Of a stretch of 64,000 bases of DNA, positions 61,060 through 64,000 are shown one piece after another (within the stretch, counting starts at the first letter, position 1; every line of letters begins with the position of its first letter). The notes under the pieces are model-generated. The model saw nothing but the letters and a program-made list of their open reading frames with translations, was not told where the DNA came from and searched no databases. Origin of the DNA: Vermamoeba vermiformis (Eukaryota); assembly GCA_045837725.1 (NCBI GenBank), contig JBEWZL010000266.1:62001-126000 (forward strand), given 5' to 3'. The position numbers and the translations under genes were made by a program.

Positions 61060-64000
61060 TTACATTTCTTCAGACTGTTCGCTCATCTCTTCACTCGGCT
61101 CTTCAGTTGAGCCGCTGTAACTGTTCCGTCGCGTAGGACAGAAGGTCCAGTCGAACAAATCAGTGACAGGTGTCAACAACCAATCAAAGCTGCGGAACTC
61201 AATCCTAAAGAATTCGTCGCTGCCCTGATTGGTGCTCTGTTCTAACCGCTCTTCAATCTGCTGCATCATTTGCTTGTCGGTAATCCAATGGCGCACAATA
61301 CGCAACAAATTCACTTTGTCTGCGTGAGTGTGGTTCGTCTTGGGCACGAAATCTCCTTCGTACCATTGGAAGACACGCGGCAAATAAATCTAAAGAGGTG
61401 AGGTCAGCACAACTCTTGTTACAGAAACGTGACGTACCGTATTGCTGGTTTGGTCTATGGTAATAGCCGTGCAGAACTTTTGAGCAGCGTACTCGAGCTG
61501 TTGATCAATGCGATCGAGTGCCAAGAATATCACGCGGGGACTGCTATTGGTCAGATACGACAGCGCAAAGTGTATGCGTGGGTCGAGATTCAACACGTTC
61601 TGCTTGCGTCCGTCCTTCTTCGGGAAATGTTTGATTTTGTTGGCTTCGTCGACCGTCACATTGCCTACAATACCCAACTGTTAGGCTTCGTTATTCAACG
61701 ATTGAAGTGATGCACATACCTCGCAATATGCCGTCCCTCATGTCCTCGAGGGAGTAACTGCACTTGTCAATGCTGTACTTGAAGATCTTAAAGAAGAATT
61801 TTCGCTTGAACTTGGATGCGATTGGTCCTAACAGTACTGTGATGTGAAGATAGAGCAAGTTGTGGATATTAATAAACAACACTTTCTTCTCTTGCTGCGA
61901 GAAATTTCTAAGTTCAATCTAATTTCAGTGCGTTAGAATTTTGCCGACGAACACAACAGCGACTGTACCTTGTGCAGCATGGCGACGAGACTCGAAAACT
62001 CCAAGAACTGCGGGTCATGTTGCAATTGGAACTTGTCTATGTGCACGTGCTTGATGCCACTGTCACGAATGGACGACTTGCGACGATTGGCCTTGACAGG
62101 TGAAGTGTTCTTCGTGTGAATATTTACAGTGCTGTGCTTCTCGTACAACGAGGCCAGCTTCTCCATCAAGAACAGCACAAAGTCATTTGCAGTCTTGGCA
62201 CTTGCTTTCTTCGATGACAGAGCGCGGAACAATGTCTTCTCGCGTTGCATGACTTTGCTGTCGATAGTCTCGTCGTTCCACGCGTTCAATAGCCACACGT
62301 CCTCGCCGGTGAAATTTCGTACTTTGCTCTTCTCGATGAGACTGCTGTCGCGCTGTGCTTTCTCGGCCGAATGAGGACTGACGCTCCAGTCACGCAAGTT
62401 GAAGTCTGGATCTGTTTGAATCAACTCTTCAATGAACGAGCACTTCTCTAACTTCAGTGCTAACTCTTGTAGCTTGCCGAGGATAACAAGCACCTCCTAA
62501 TATCACGTGATTAGAGTGCGTCATTCGCGTCATAGTCGACGTACCGAAGTTGTCTTGGGCGTGTCTTCAACCGCTTTGAACAGCCGTGTCTTTTTGATGG
62601 CCACTAGACACTGCAAGTCAAACAACGAGCGCAACAAATCCAAGCGTTTAATGCGCGGTTGAATAGCAATGGGCATCAGTCGTGGCGGGGTCTACAACAG
62701 TTCATTTTAGAATTTGATTAGCACACGTTAGGATGTTACTTACCGTCATGCGATCATAGAATTGATTGACAGCTGGTGTGGCCTGATCAATGAACGAGTT
62801 CATGTCCTGCAAGTACTGTTCTTTGGTGCCAAATCTCACGCCACTCGCCAAGTTTTGGATCACTTTGGCGATCAAAATCAATCGACGACGCATCTGCGGC
62901 GGCACGAAATCTGTGCAAATATCAGAATCTGTACGACTACTAATTACAGAACAGTTGCTACATACCTGCCAAGCCGTACTCTTCAGGTGTCACGAGCGCT
63001 GAACAGAAAAATCTCAAAAATATAAAGCCACAAACACCTTCACGCCAACTGTCCTCTGATGGATACTTGTATCTAATGGCACATATTGCTGATTAGTAAA
63101 CTATTCAATAACATGTCTCGTGTGACTTACAGCACGATGCGTTTGATCTCAGAGCACAACACGCGCAAGGAAGCAGGACAGCGCGGCACGGAATTGACAA
63201 TGGCGTTCACGACCTCTTGACACCGTGCCGTTAGTCGCGCCATATTCGCTGCTATACGACGCGGTGTGGCGTCACTGCCGAGCTGCATCGGATCTACTTC
63301 AAGATCTTCGTGTGTGTTCGCTATAATACTCGCACAGAGTGGTTTTAACACGCGACACAAATATCTTCCGCCAATCTCGCGCGCAAAGTGTGAAATAATC
63401 TTCGTGGACACGCTGTTACGACGCAGCACAGTAGTCGCCATGTCTGGGGACTAGTTAGCGCTGTGTGATATAACACAGGTGTTATCAGTACGTACCTGAG
63501 TTGTGGACCTCGCGTTCAATGGCTTTAGTCAACAATTTAACGTGTCGTCCGTGGCAATGAAATATTCGGAACAAACTGCCGCTGATCTGCTCGGCGAAGC
63601 TGATGTCTGATAATACGACATTAGTGCTGTCATTAATAGCTGTATTTAATAGACTTTATAATGTTGCTAATTAGCTCCAATGTCAATGTGAAAAATCGTG
63701 CACTAATATCACAAAATAACATTATGATTTTTGTTCTGCATTAACGTGAATCGACACATCAATCACAATTGAGCAGTAGCACAATAGTTGATAATCATAT
63801 ATATGACATGGTGTTGCTTACTTCGATCACCGAGCTCGCACAGACCATTAAATATAACACCATCGTCTTCAATCAGCAGCTGAAAATCAATCGCAATTAG
63901 CACGATATTAATCGCATTAAACTACTCGCTATAATAGTGCTAACTGTATTATATCTCTAACGTACCTCAAACAGACCTTTGTGGGCCTCCATCAAGGTTA
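61060..64000 (-). CDS. RasGAP + DUF547 protein, 3' part; starts beyond window
   Basis: RasGAP VLRRNS, GFIFLRFF, LILIAKVIQNLA; DUF547 FINIHNLLYLH, YSLEDMRDGILRG, DPRIHFAL, LPRVFQWYEGDF. Confidence 0.88.

Noticed and set aside
1-64000. tRNA, rRNA, CRISPR arrays or prokaryotic operons
   Set aside because: None seen by eye; the sequence is spliceosomal-intron-rich eukaryotic DNA. Small ncRNAs cannot be excluded without covariance-model searches.

Overview
Gene-dense, intron-rich eukaryotic DNA with mostly ~45-60 nt GT-AG introns, CTAAC/CTAAT-type branch sites and the standard genetic code. The gene repertoire suggests a free-living protist, probably an amoebozoan (inference). About 25 protein genes were reconstructed by hand. 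Main observations: (1) a complete 5.78 kb CACTA/EnSpm (CMC) DNA transposon (8027-13808) with CACTG termini, a 2-bp AT target duplication and two divergent intron-rich genes that each carry one nonsense codon; it splits a host ankyrin-like gene whose frame is restored on removal; (2) three tandem paralogs of an unrecognised Cys-rich, EGF-containing multi-pass membrane protein family; (3) a Crinkler-like STAND NTPase + restriction-endonuclease-fold gene between two surface Kelch paralogs, one internally deleted, sharing a gene-conversion tract; (4) a pyruvate kinase homolog with a degenerate active site whose 5' end is duplicated 1.4 kb upstream; (5) a polybasic alternative first exon inside an intron of a soluble nucleotide cyclase gene. 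Family calls rest on motif recognition only; no searches were run, and exon boundaries are manual.
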